DNA of 23,314 nucleotides from an uncultured Planctomycetaceae bacterium (lineage in GTDB: Bacteria; Planctomycetota; Planctomycetia; Planctomycetales; Planctomycetaceae): NCBI GenBank assembly GCA_963976765.1, contig CAXBME010000022.1:124001-147314 (forward strand). The letters run 5' to 3'. Below the pieces are notes generated by a model. The model did no database searches. It was not told the DNA's origin and saw only the letters and a program-made list of their open reading frames with translations. Below, in pieces: positions 1 through 8,616 of the stretch (position 1 is its first letter; each line of letters opens with the position of its first letter). Made by a program: the position numbers and the translations under genes.

Positions 1-1
1 A

Positions 2-1855
2 ACGGTGCTGCCTCATATTTCGATCCAGGGAACCGGAGACGGGACGTTTGACTTTTACTCGTTCACCGTGGCGAACGCGGGTGATTCCGCGATCTTCGAC
101 ATCGACTTTGGTTTTGGTGTGTCGAACACCGGAATTCAGAGTGCTGATAGTTTCGATTCTCAACTGTTCCTGTTCGATTCCTTTGGCAACCCGCTTACTA
201 CTCGAGTTCAAGGTAACGATTCAGCGTTCGACGCGGGTTCTTCCTCTATGTTGGACTCGTTCCTTGAGTTCACATTCTCGACACCTGGTACTTACGTCGT
301 CGGCGTGGCTCGTTCTTCAGCGAGTGCCGTCGTGGGCGGCATCAGTGGTGCGGGTGTACCGAACGGTTCTGATTACACACTTCACGTGTCGGTGCAGAAC
401 CATCCGACTTCCGGTGCAGCGGCACCAACGGTTGTTCCAACGCGAACGTTCGGCGACACACTGGTCGGTGGCTCCGGCGACGGAAACGGGCAGGGCGACC
501 TGTTCTTCGGCTCGCCGGGTGATGACCTGATTATCGGCAGCAACGAAAACGACACGATCTTTGCAGGCGACGGCATGGACTCGATCTTCGCTGGCTCCGG
601 TGATGACATCATCAACGGCGAAGGCGGCAACGACACCATCCGAGGCAACGGCGGATCAGACACGATCGATGCGGGTGCGGGTGATGACAATGTCTCCTGG
701 TCGATTAACGACGGCAACGATTCGATCAAAGCAACCGACGGGCTCGACACCATCGATCTCAACGGTACGACCGCCGCTGACACGTTCAACATTTCGGGAA
801 CCGGCACGGTCCTGCAGATTTCTGCGGACGTGGCAGGTCCGACACTCGACCCTGTGGTGTCAATCGACAGCGGAACGATGATCGTCAACGTCAACGGTCT
901 GGCCGGCAACGACACGTTCAACTTTGCGTCGATCGATCTGGTCAACGACATCCTGCTCAACGTCAACGGCGGAGCCGGGCAGGACATGATCAATGCCAAC
1001 GGCGTTGACCTGTCGGGAATTCGCGTGGCCTTTGACGCTGGCGACGGTAACGACACGATCCTTGGTGGAGCGGGTGCTGAAACCATCGTCGGCGGCGCTG
1101 GCAACGACATGATTAATGGCGGCGGCGGCGACGACTCGCTGGACGGTGGAACGGGCGACGATGTTCTGGTCGGCGGCGACGGCAACGATACCATTCGAGG
1201 TGGTCTGGGCATTGACCGAATCGACGGTGGCAACGGCGATGACTCGCTCGACGGTGGTTTTAACAATGACACGATCAACGGCCAGGCCGGCGACGACTCG
1301 ATCGATGGCGGCCAGGCCGACGACCTGATCAACGGCGGCGACGGCAACGATACGCTGCTGGGTTCTGACGGCGATGACACCATCGACGGCATGGCTGGAT
1401 CGGACTTCCTGGTCGGCGGTTCCGATAACGACTCACTGTCAGGCGGCACGGGCGGTGACACCATCCGGGGCGGCGATGGCGACGACGTCATTAACGGCGA
1501 CGACGGCGGAGATGTCATCAACGGCGGCGATGGCCAGGACTCGATCTTCGGTGGCGAGGACGATGACACAATCACCGGCGGCGACGGCAACGATTTCATT
1601 CAGGGCCAGGCGGGAGAAGACATTCTGCTCGGCGGCGACGGCAATGACATCATCGGTGGCGGCGGTGGACGTGACGTTCTGCTCGGCGGTGACGGTGACG
1701 ACAGCCTGAACGGCAACTCGGGAACCGACACGCTGGCAGGCAATCAGGGCACAGACAATGTGGCCGATCCAACCGGAGCCGACGACATCGACGAGCAGTT
1801 CAGGCTGGATGCCGCAATTGCGATTCTGCTCGAAACACTGGCACCGACGGCGTAA
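2..1855 (+). CDS. RTX (hemolysin-type Ca2+-binding repeat) surface protein with a PPC/DVUA0089-like domain; 5' partial
   Basis: The frame is open from the window edge (acg gtg ctg...), so GTG at 5 is probably internal. A PPC-like segment (FDFYSFTV...FDSQLFLFDS...DSFLEFTFSTPGTYVVGV) is followed by dozens of GGxGxDxI/L nonamers and the tail DIDEQFRLDAAIAILLETL. Stop TAA at 1853-1855. Confidence 0.9.
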   Translation, partial: TVLPHISIQGTGDGTFDFYSFTVANAGDSAIFDIDFGFGVSNTGIQSADSFDSQLFLFDSFGNPLTTRVQGNDSAFDAGSSSMLDSFLEFTFSTPGTYVVGVARSSASAVVGGISGAGVPNGSDYTLHVSVQNHPTSGAAAPTVVPTRTFGDTLVGGSGDGNGQGDLFFGSPGDDLIIGSNENDTIFAGDGMDSIFAGSGDDIINGEGGNDTIRGNGGSDTIDAGAGDDNVSWSINDGNDSIKATDGLDTIDLNGTTAADTFNISGTGTVLQISADVAGPTLDPVVSIDSGTMIVNVNGLAGNDTFNFASIDLVNDILLNVNGGAGQDMINANGVDLSGIRVAFDAGDGNDTILGGAGAETIVGGAGNDMINGGGGDDSLDGGTGDDVLVGGDGNDTIRGGLGIDRIDGGNGDDSLDGGFNNDTINGQAGDDSIDGGQADDLINGGDGNDTLLGSDGDDTIDGMAGSDFLVGGSDNDSLSGGTGGDTIRGGDGDDVINGDDGGDVINGGDGQDSIFGGEDDDTITGGDGNDFIQGQAGEDILLGGDGNDIIGGGGGRDVLLGGDGDDSLNGNSGTDTLAGNQGTDNVADPTGADDIDEQFRLDAAIAILLETLAPTA

Positions 1856-1915
1856 CAGCCAAACGATACAGGCGGCGATGGGAGAGGCTGATTTGCTGAA
1901 AGACTGAGGGGGGAG

Positions 1916-1957
1916 CACAGCGGACACCGGGCTTCTGGTGTCCGCTGTGTGTGTTTC
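1916..1957 (+). terminator. Probable intrinsic terminator of the RTX gene
   Basis: Perfect 13-bp stem cacagcggacacc (1916-1928) / ggtgtccgctgtg (1937-1949), followed by a weak U-tract (tgtgttt). Confidence 0.55.
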
Positions 1958-2037
1958 CGGAGCTTCTTCCGACTCTCGCAACCAGATAGTACACTCCCGA
2001 CCCGCTCCGCGACTGGTTTGAGCATTGCACAGTTTTC

Positions 2038-2140
2038 GCAGTCTGGGTCTCGACCCGGTTGAGGAACCTGCTGGGTCACTTTTTGTAGGCTGGGTCCTGA
2101 CTCAGCCTGGATGCACGTGCTGGGTCGAACCCCAGCCTAC
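2038..2140. repeat. GTAG-type REP cluster / REP doublet (REPIN-like)
   Basis: GTAG-GCTGGGTC-CT-GACTCAGC at 2085-2106 faces the inverted GCTGGGTCGAACCCCAGC-CTAC at 2119-2140. A degenerate copy gcagtctgggtctcgacccgg lies at 2038-2058 and a fragment gctgggtca at 2070-2078. Confidence 0.65.
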
Positions 2141-2169
2141 TTTTGACAGAATAAACCGGCTGAAATTCC

Positions 2170-3450
2170 ATGCTTGATCTGCAATTCATTTGTGAAAACG
2201 TTGACCTGGTTGCTGAAAACTGCCGCAATCGTGGAGTCGATGTCGACATTTCACGCGTCGTCGAACTTCGGCAGAAACGAGGAGAACTCCAGCAGAAGGG
2301 CGATGCGCTGCGGAGTGAAGCCAACGCTGTTTCCAAACAAACCGGGCAGGCGAAAAGTGCCGAAGAACGCGGTCCTCTGATCGCTCGCGGCAAGGAACTG
2401 CGAGCCGAAGTCGCCGCGGCCGAAGAAGAAATTTCGGCCGTCCAGTGCGAACTCGACGACTTGGCCTCGCAGATTCCAAACCTGTCACACCCGGACGCGC
2501 CGGTCGGAAAAATCGACAAAGAGAACATCGAAGTCCGCCGCGTTGGTGATCTGCCGAAGTTCGACTTCAAGGCCCTCGACCATGTCGAACTGGCGGCAAA
2601 GCACGACCTGATCGACTTCGAAGGTGGAGCGCGAGTCGCCGGCTCGGGATTCTACTTCCTGAAAAACGAAGCTGTTTTCCTCGAAATGGCCCTCATTCAG
2701 TTTGCGATTATGAAGCTGCGTGACAAGGGTTTCACCGTTCACTCAACGCCGGACCTTGCTCGTCAGGAAGTTCTGCAGGGAACCGGCTACAACCCGCGCG
2801 GCGAAGAGACGCAGATTTACTCGATCGCGAATACGGATCTCAGCCTCGTTGCCACGGCGGAAATTCCTCTCGGCGGACTGCTGAAAGATCAGATCGTCGA
2901 CCTCGAAAAACTGCCGCTGAAATACGCCGGCGTTTCCCACTGCTTCCGCACCGAAGCCGGAGCCGCCGGCAAAGCATCGCGCGGCATCTATCGAGTCCAC
3001 CAGTTCAGCAAGGTCGAGATCTTCGGCTTCACCGCACCGGACCTCGATGCATCCAACGCGTTTCACGACGAGATCATTCAGATCGAAGAAGAGATCTTCC
3101 AGGAACTCGGTATTCCCTACCGGGTTGTTGATACCTGCACCGGAGACCTCGGCGGACCGGCTTACCGCAAGTTCGACCTCGAAGCCTGGATGCCTGGCCG
3201 GGGCGACGGCGGTGAATTCGGCGAAGTCACGTCCGCTTCAAACTGCACCGACTACCAGGCTCGACGACTCGGCATCCGAACGCGGGTTCCCGACAAAAAG
3301 GGCACCCAGTTCGTCCACACACTCAACGGAACAGCCGTCGCTGTTTCTCGAGCCCTGGTCGCCATCCTCGAAAATTATCAACGAGCCGACGGCACGATTG
3401 GCATCCCGGAAGTCCTGCAGAAATGGGTCGGCCGCGAGCAGATTGGCTAG
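2170..3450 (+). CDS. serS: Serine--tRNA ligase
   Basis: MLDLQFI N-terminus and coiled-coil arm; PNLSHPDAP; ATAE; class II motif 2 CFRTEAG...GIYRVHQFSKVE; FDLEAWMP; SASNCTDYQARRL; HTLNGTAVAVSR. Confidence 0.98.
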   Translation: MLDLQFICENVDLVAENCRNRGVDVDISRVVELRQKRGELQQKGDALRSEANAVSKQTGQAKSAEERGPLIARGKELRAEVAAAEEEISAVQCELDDLASQIPNLSHPDAPVGKIDKENIEVRRVGDLPKFDFKALDHVELAAKHDLIDFEGGARVAGSGFYFLKNEAVFLEMALIQFAIMKLRDKGFTVHSTPDLARQEVLQGTGYNPRGEETQIYSIANTDLSLVATAEIPLGGLLKDQIVDLEKLPLKYAGVSHCFRTEAGAAGKASRGIYRVHQFSKVEIFGFTAPDLDASNAFHDEIIQIEEEIFQELGIPYRVVDTCTGDLGGPAYRKFDLEAWMPGRGDGGEFGEVTSASNCTDYQARRLGIRTRVPDKKGTQFVHTLNGTAVAVSRALVAILENYQRADGTIGIPEVLQKWVGREQIG

Positions 3451-3471
3451 CCGATCTGTTTCGGATTTATC

Positions 3472-3518
3472 AACCACGAAATGTCTGGACAGATTTTCTT
3501 TTCGTGTATTTTGTGGTT
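3472..3518. repeat. Degenerate CACGAAA-type palindromic element
   Basis: aaccacgaaat (3472-3482) pairs with attttgtggtt (3508-3518), with an extra ttcgtg unit at 3501-3506. Confidence 0.45.
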
Positions 3519-3532
3519 CTGTTTCTTCAGGT

Positions 3533-3556
3533 GTGGGGAGCGTCCTGACGTACCCA
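3533..3556. repeat. Single REP-like hairpin
   Basis: GTGG-GGAGCGTC-CT-GACGTACC has the same GT(A/G)G foot and GTC-CT-GAC apex as the element at 2085. Confidence 0.35.
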
Positions 3557-3576
3557 ATCCACTGATTTTTCTTGAG

Positions 3577-3650
3577 CCACGGAAGGCACGGAATTACGCG
3601 GGAAATGATCTGAACTGTTTTCCTTCCGTGTAATTCCGTGCCTTCCGTGG
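3577..3650. repeat. 25-bp inverted repeat built from three CACGGA-like units
   Basis: ccacggaaggcacggaattacgcgg (3577-3601) vs ccgtgtaattccgtgccttccgtgg (3626-3650): 24/25 Watson-Crick pairs plus one G-U, 24-nt spacer. Confidence 0.85.
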
Positions 3651-3689
3651 TCATTTTTCGTCGGCCCTGAATCACGTTGAGAATTTATC

Positions 3690-5015
3690 ATGCGAATTGC
3701 CTACCTCGACTGCTCCACCGGAATCGCTGGCGACATGACTCTGGCGGCATTGATCGATGCCGGAGCCGACGAAGGCGTGATCCGAGCGGGCATCGACTCA
3801 CTGGGTCTCGAAGGCGTCGAGCTGAAAACCTCGACCGTCGTCAAAGGCGGATTTCGATCGACGTACGTGAAAATCGAGCATCCCGAACAGCACGCGCATC
3901 GGCACCTGTCGGACATCGAAGAAATCCTCGAACGAGCCGACGCAATTACTGACAGCCAGAAGTCGCTCGCTCGCGAAATCTTTCTGGCCGTCGCGCAGGC
4001 CGAGGCGAAGGTACACGGCTCGACCGTCGATAAGGTCCACTTTCACGAGGTGGGAGCGATCGATTCGATCGTCGACATCGTGGGCGTCGCGATGGGGTTC
4101 GACCTGCTGGGTATCGACCAGGTTTATTGCAGCTACGTCCCGACCGGCAGCGGCAAGGTGCGGATCGATCACGGCGTCTGCCCGATTCCGACTCCCGGCA
4201 CAGCTGAACTGCTGAAAGGAATTCCGCTGGCCGACGTCCCCATCGAGGCCGAACTGACGACGCCGACAGGTGCCGCCATTGTCAAAACGCTGGTCGACCA
4301 CTTTTCGAAATCGCTGCCGCCAATGACAGTCGAACAGGTCGGCTATGGAGCCGGCACGATGGATTTCCCCAGTCGAGCCAACATTCTGCGGCTGTTCGTC
4401 GGCACCGGCATCGCATCAGCAGACTTTGATCAGGTCTATCTGCTGGAAACGAACCTTGACGATATCTCAGGAGAAATCATCGGCTACGCGAAGCAGAAAC
4501 TGCTGGATGAAGGGGCGTTGGATGTCTTCAGCATGGCCGTTCAGATGAAGAAGGAACGGCCTGGAGTGATTCTCAGCGTGATCTGCCGACCCGATCAGCT
4601 TGAGACGATGGAAACAATCATCTTCCACGAAACGGCGACTTTTGGTATCCGTCGTCAGTTGATTGAGCGTTCTAAACGGCTGAGAGAGTCCATCACGATC
4701 GATTCCGACTGGGGGCCGATCGACGGGAAACTCGGCTGGCGGGATGGCGAGCCGGCGGTATTCACTCCGGAGTTCGAATCCTGCTCAAAGATCGCTCAGG
4801 AACAAGGCATGCCTCTTCGCGAGGTATACCGCACCATCGAAGCCTGGTATCAGCAGGCCGAGCTGGACGAGGACGACGGCGAAGCACACGGCCACGATCA
4901 TGACCACGACTCACCCGGCGGTCATTCACACGACCACGACCATGATCACCGGCACGATCATTCACACGACCATGACCATCACCACGATCACGACGGCGGT
5001 CATGACCACGGGTAA
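3690..5015 (+). CDS. larC: Nickel-pincer cofactor biosynthesis protein LarC (Ni insertase) with a C-terminal His/Asp-rich tail
   Basis: YLDCSTGIAGDMTLAAL; AEAKVHG...VHFHEVGAIDSIVDIVG; ELTTPTGAAI; GYGAG; LETNLDD; MKKERPG; ETATFGIR; PEFESC. LarC1 and LarC2 parts are in one ORF. Confidence 0.95.
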   Translation: MRIAYLDCSTGIAGDMTLAALIDAGADEGVIRAGIDSLGLEGVELKTSTVVKGGFRSTYVKIEHPEQHAHRHLSDIEEILERADAITDSQKSLAREIFLAVAQAEAKVHGSTVDKVHFHEVGAIDSIVDIVGVAMGFDLLGIDQVYCSYVPTGSGKVRIDHGVCPIPTPGTAELLKGIPLADVPIEAELTTPTGAAIVKTLVDHFSKSLPPMTVEQVGYGAGTMDFPSRANILRLFVGTGIASADFDQVYLLETNLDDISGEIIGYAKQKLLDEGALDVFSMAVQMKKERPGVILSVICRPDQLETMETIIFHETATFGIRRQLIERSKRLRESITIDSDWGPIDGKLGWRDGEPAVFTPEFESCSKIAQEQGMPLREVYRTIEAWYQQAELDEDDGEAHGHDHDHDSPGGHSHDHDHDHRHDHSHDHDHHHDHDGGHDHG

Positions 5016-5022
5016 AACCCTA

Positions 5023-5048
5023 CTCGTTTCCACGCGGAGCGTAGGAAC
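5023..5048. repeat. REP-like hairpin of the TCGTTCCCACGC-N3-GCGTGGGAA type
   Basis: ctcgtttccacgc-gga-gcgtaggaac lies just after the larC stop. It is an imperfect palindrome resembling a widespread REP consensus (recalled, not searched). Confidence 0.5.
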
Positions 5049-5177
5049 ACGTGAAGTAGTAAAAAGTTCGGAACGCTAATAAACACTGATCTTCGCTTAT
5101 TCAGCTGAGTGGTTCTTAGCGTCGATCAGTGTTCCAGCATTCCAGGCAACCGACGGAACAGTTCGGCTTAACGACAA

Positions 5178-5191
5178 CGTCATGGATGACG
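5178..5191 (+). promoter_or_regulatory. Putative CsrA/RsmA-binding GGA-loop hairpin over the ribosome-binding site
   Basis: CGTCA-TGGA-TGACG is a perfect 5-bp stem with a TGGA loop (ANGGA context), ending 4 nt before ATG 5196. Confidence 0.5.
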
Positions 5192-5195
5192 AAAT

Positions 5196-5732
5196 ATGAC
5201 ATCTTTCATCGGCGAAATTCATCCGTTCGTGCTGGTTCTGTTTGTACTGGCGTTCGGGTTTACAATGCGTCGAACCGCTCATCGCCGCTGGCGAGGTCGT
5301 AAGTACGACCCGATTGCAAACGCAACCAAAGAGCTGGCCACTCGACAGGCCTCTTCAGCCGCACAGTTGTCGAAGCACGAAGTCGAGCTGCACGATATCG
5401 CCCGCGCTGCCGAAGCAAAACTCCAGACAAAGCTTGCCGTCATGGACGAAATGGTTCTTCAGGCGGACCGTGAGATCGAACGGCTGGAGTCGCTGCTCGA
5501 AGAAATCCGTGACGTACCGACACCTCGCCTGGCGGAGTTCCGCGATGTCGCTGCCGCTGAAGATGGTTCTGGATCTTTCGACAATTCGCCGGTTGAGCCC
5601 GACCAGTTCATTCGCCTGCTGAAGCAGTCCGGCTATAACGCGGAAGAAATTGCCAACGCGACAAAACGTCCGGTGGCCGACATCCGAAAAATTCTTGGTG
5701 AGCCTGACGATGACCAGTCAGAAGCTGCCTGA
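5196..5732 (+). CDS. Hypothetical membrane-anchored coiled-coil protein with a C-terminal HTH-like end (DUF2802/DUF6115-like architecture)
   Basis: N-terminal hydrophobic helix (FVLVLFVLAFGF) then a basic stretch, a heptad-rich middle (KLQTKLAVMDEMVLQADREIERLESLL), and C-terminal LLKQSGYNAEEIANATKRPVADIRKIL. Confidence 0.75.
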   Translation: MTSFIGEIHPFVLVLFVLAFGFTMRRTAHRRWRGRKYDPIANATKELATRQASSAAQLSKHEVELHDIARAAEAKLQTKLAVMDEMVLQADREIERLESLLEEIRDVPTPRLAEFRDVAAAEDGSGSFDNSPVEPDQFIRLLKQSGYNAEEIANATKRPVADIRKILGEPDDDQSEAA

Positions 5733-5803
5733 TTGAATATTCAGAGCAAGCAGATTTCTGACGCAAAAGGTAGATGCTCACTTTGAGTAATTAGAATCAG
5801 GCC

Positions 5804-6916
5804 GTGATCAAAGTCCTTCTGCTCATTCCGACTCTGGACCGCTCGGGCGCTGAGAAACAGCTCACGCATCTGGCGATTGGTCTGCCGCGCGACAAGTTTA
5901 ACGTCGAAGTCGTCGCGCTGACTCGCGGCGGGCCGTACGAAGAGCAACTGCGGTCTGCCGGGATCCCGCTCACGATTATCGGTAAACGCTGGAAATTCGA
6001 CCCGTTTGCTCTGAAACGGCTTCGCAGACTGATCGCCGCCAGACAGCCGGATATTCTGCATACCTGGCTGTTTGCCGCGAATACTTACGGTCGGATCGTC
6101 GCAGAAAAACATCCCGCGATGAAAGTTGTCGTCTCCGAACGCTGCGTCGATTCGTGGAAAGCGAACTGGCAACTCTGGTTCGATCGAAAGCTGGCTCCGC
6201 GGACAGACCGGTTAATCGGCAACTCGCAGGCGGTCGCCGACTTTTACTCGGACATCGGTTTCCCCCGCGATCGACTACTGGTCATTCCAAACGGGATCGA
6301 ACCGGCTCCGGCTTCAACACGAACCCGGCAGTCGATCTGTGACGAGTTCGACTTTCCGGTCGATTCGAAAATCATTGGCTGCGTTGGTCGCCTTGCTCCG
6401 CAGAAACGAGTGTCGGATCTCATCTGGGCGATGGAACTGCTGCAGGCGTTGCAGCCATCGTCGCGGTTGTTGATTATCGGCGAGGGTCCGCAGCGGAAAG
6501 AGCTGGAAGATTTTTCAAAGAACATCCGACTGACCGACGTGATCCGGTTTGCCGGTCATCGGTCTGATGTTTCGAACATCCTTCCGCACATGGACGTATT
6601 TTGTCTGGCAAGCGATTTCGAAGGTCAGTCCAACAGTCTGATGGAAGCAATGGCTCACGGTCGCCCGGTCGTCGTCAGTGACATTGCTCCTAACCTCGAA
6701 CTGGTCGAGCACGAGAAGACCGGCCTCGTCGTGCCCATCGGCAATCGCCCGGCATTCACTCGCGCGTGCAATCGACTGTTCAAGGAACAGTCGCTGGCTG
6801 ACTCGCTAGGTAAAGCGGCCCAGAAGCATATTGTTAAAAACCATTCCCTCGATCAAACCGTCGCCGCACACATGGATCTCTACCGAAGTCTCGTAACGGA
6901 TCTTCGTCGGTCGTGA
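5804..6916 (+). CDS. Glycosyltransferase family 4 (GT-B fold)
   Basis: GTG start; KVLLLIPTLDRSGAEKQL; PDILHTW; VIPNGI; VGRLAPQK; IIGEGP; donor-binding E-x7-E motif SDFEGQSNSLMEAMAHGRPVV. Confidence 0.93.
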   Translation: MIKVLLLIPTLDRSGAEKQLTHLAIGLPRDKFNVEVVALTRGGPYEEQLRSAGIPLTIIGKRWKFDPFALKRLRRLIAARQPDILHTWLFAANTYGRIVAEKHPAMKVVVSERCVDSWKANWQLWFDRKLAPRTDRLIGNSQAVADFYSDIGFPRDRLLVIPNGIEPAPASTRTRQSICDEFDFPVDSKIIGCVGRLAPQKRVSDLIWAMELLQALQPSSRLLIIGEGPQRKELEDFSKNIRLTDVIRFAGHRSDVSNILPHMDVFCLASDFEGQSNSLMEAMAHGRPVVVSDIAPNLELVEHEKTGLVVPIGNRPAFTRACNRLFKEQSLADSLGKAAQKHIVKNHSLDQTVAAHMDLYRSLVTDLRRS

Positions 6917-6930
6917 TCCTGATAAGTGAG

Positions 6931-8358
6931 TCAGTACTCAGCAATCAGAACCAGTCCTGTGAGATATCGATCGGAAGCGAATAGCGGGTTCTCGGAATCA
7001 AACCGGTCATAATTGAAGACGCCCGCGAGGGACCAGTGGTTGTTTAATTGATGAGTTAATCGGCAACCCGCGCGCCAAATGTTCTCGTTTCGTGACGGAG
7101 AACTGCTGGTGTCGAAATCGAAATAATCACGGTAGCCCCAGCCACCTTCGAGGTCGAATTTCAATTTCTCGGTAATTGGCATTTCGAGTGCGGTGTAAAG
7201 CGAAACACCCTGATAACGGTAGTTGCTTCCGTTGAGGTCTGCGTGCTCGCCATCAACTCCAAAACGGATTGATTTGAGAAATGCCTGGTCACACGCAAAC
7301 GTGTGCGCTGCTCCTGCCCGGTAAGTCAACCCGTCCCTGCCCGTCACGGAGAAAACAGGCCCATCACCAGAAATGCTTGTGTAGTCGGTCGAAAAATAGC
7401 AGAAGGTCAAATCTTGAGACTCCCACACGGTTGCTGCTGACGCCATGATCGTGTGGCGGTTTCCCAGTGTTTTGCCGCCAAACTCATCGTGTGCAAACCC
7501 GTACTGCAATCGTGCGACATGGACATTGGGAGTGGCAGCGAACACACGCTCCAGAAAGGCTCCGGGTTGATAGCTCTGCAGATTCAGATTTCGGAACGAG
7601 TCCTCGTTAAAAGTGAAATGTCCCAGAAATGTTGATCCGATTGCCCAGTCATCTGTTGAAAACGCACGGTATTCCAGTTCCGGAGCAGCAAAAAACTGAG
7701 CGCTGTCACGCTTGCCAGGATACAGCTCGCGATTGACCGGTGACAGTGTGACGTTGCTGTTATAGACCGCTCCGGTTTCAACACGCACTCGCCAGGGTGA
7801 CGCTGGTGGTAACGCTTCAGGCACCATCTCCTCAGCATCGTCTGACAAAGCCGAACCGTCAAAGCGTGTGATCTCATAGCCTGCCTGGACGACAGAACCA
7901 ACTGGTTCAGAAACTTCGCCCTGAAATAGATCAGGTTGAGGTAAGGTTCGATTAATGCGTGCGAGAAGCCCTCTTGCTTCTGCGGCGTAACTGCTTTCTG
8001 GCGCAATTTCAATCGTTTCGACCGCATGGTCAGCGGCAGCATTTACGTTGCCAAGAGCTTCCCAGAGAGTCGCAAGATTGAACTGCGTTGCCGCGCTTTG
8101 AGGGTCCAGTCGCTGCGACGTTTCCAGTGCCTGTTTTGCACCAGTCAGATCATTCTGTTTCAGCTTCCATTTCCCAAGAAGCCGCCAGTTGCTGGCATTC
8201 TCTGGTTCATCAGCTACTCGTGCTTCCAGCCGACTCTGCATCCTGCTGTCATCAGAATCGGCTGATTTTGCATGAGCAATATTTTGCCCCAGTCGAAGAA
8301 AAGTTGAGATAAGGAGTAAAAGCGTAAACAAGCATCCTGCCGTACGAACTGAAAACAT
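6931..8358 (-). CDS. TPR-containing outer-membrane beta-barrel protein (DUF560/Slam-like architecture)
   Basis: The likely start is ATG 8358 (the track gives 8454), which yields signal peptide MFSVRTAGCLFTLLLLISTF...AHA. TPRs follow (PENASNWRLLG...A...LDPQSAATQFNLA), then WRVRVETGAVYNSNV, many amphipathic strands, and a terminal aromatic beta-signal (GLVLIAEY). Confidence 0.75.
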   Translation of the reverse strand: MFSVRTAGCLFTLLLLISTFLRLGQNIAHAKSADSDDSRMQSRLEARVADEPENASNWRLLGKWKLKQNDLTGAKQALETSQRLDPQSAATQFNLATLWEALGNVNAAADHAVETIEIAPESSYAAEARGLLARINRTLPQPDLFQGEVSEPVGSVVQAGYEITRFDGSALSDDAEEMVPEALPPASPWRVRVETGAVYNSNVTLSPVNRELYPGKRDSAQFFAAPELEYRAFSTDDWAIGSTFLGHFTFNEDSFRNLNLQSYQPGAFLERVFAATPNVHVARLQYGFAHDEFGGKTLGNRHTIMASAATVWESQDLTFCYFSTDYTSISGDGPVFSVTGRDGLTYRAGAAHTFACDQAFLKSIRFGVDGEHADLNGSNYRYQGVSLYTALEMPITEKLKFDLEGGWGYRDYFDFDTSSSPSRNENIWRAGCRLTHQLNNHWSLAGVFNYDRFDSENPLFASDRYLTGLVLIAEY

Positions 8359-8616
8359 CCGCAAAATATCCCTGTCAGGGCCCGCCCTTTGGATTGCCGA
8401 ATCCTCATTGCTTTCAAACCTGGAGCCCACGATCTCTCGGTCGCAGCAGCGCATCCGCCAATTCGATAGACGAGGAACAGCAGCGGCGGAATACAGGGCG
8501 AAGTTGAACGTTCACCCTGTACTCGTTTGCCTGCACTGGCGGTTGCCCCGGATGGATCAAGCTTAAGCTGTTGCCACCGCTCCGCAGCAAATCACCGACA
8601 GTTGAACCATTAACAA

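Noticed and set aside
382..1599. 405-aa antisense ORF rich in SSPPSP
   Set aside because: It is the reverse-frame shadow of GGxGxD repeats. The same applies to 18857-20080, 21672-22196 and similar ORFs opposite the other RTX gene.
3690..5015. Programmed frameshift between larC1 and larC2 as in some lactobacilli
   Set aside because: The reading frame is continuous here.
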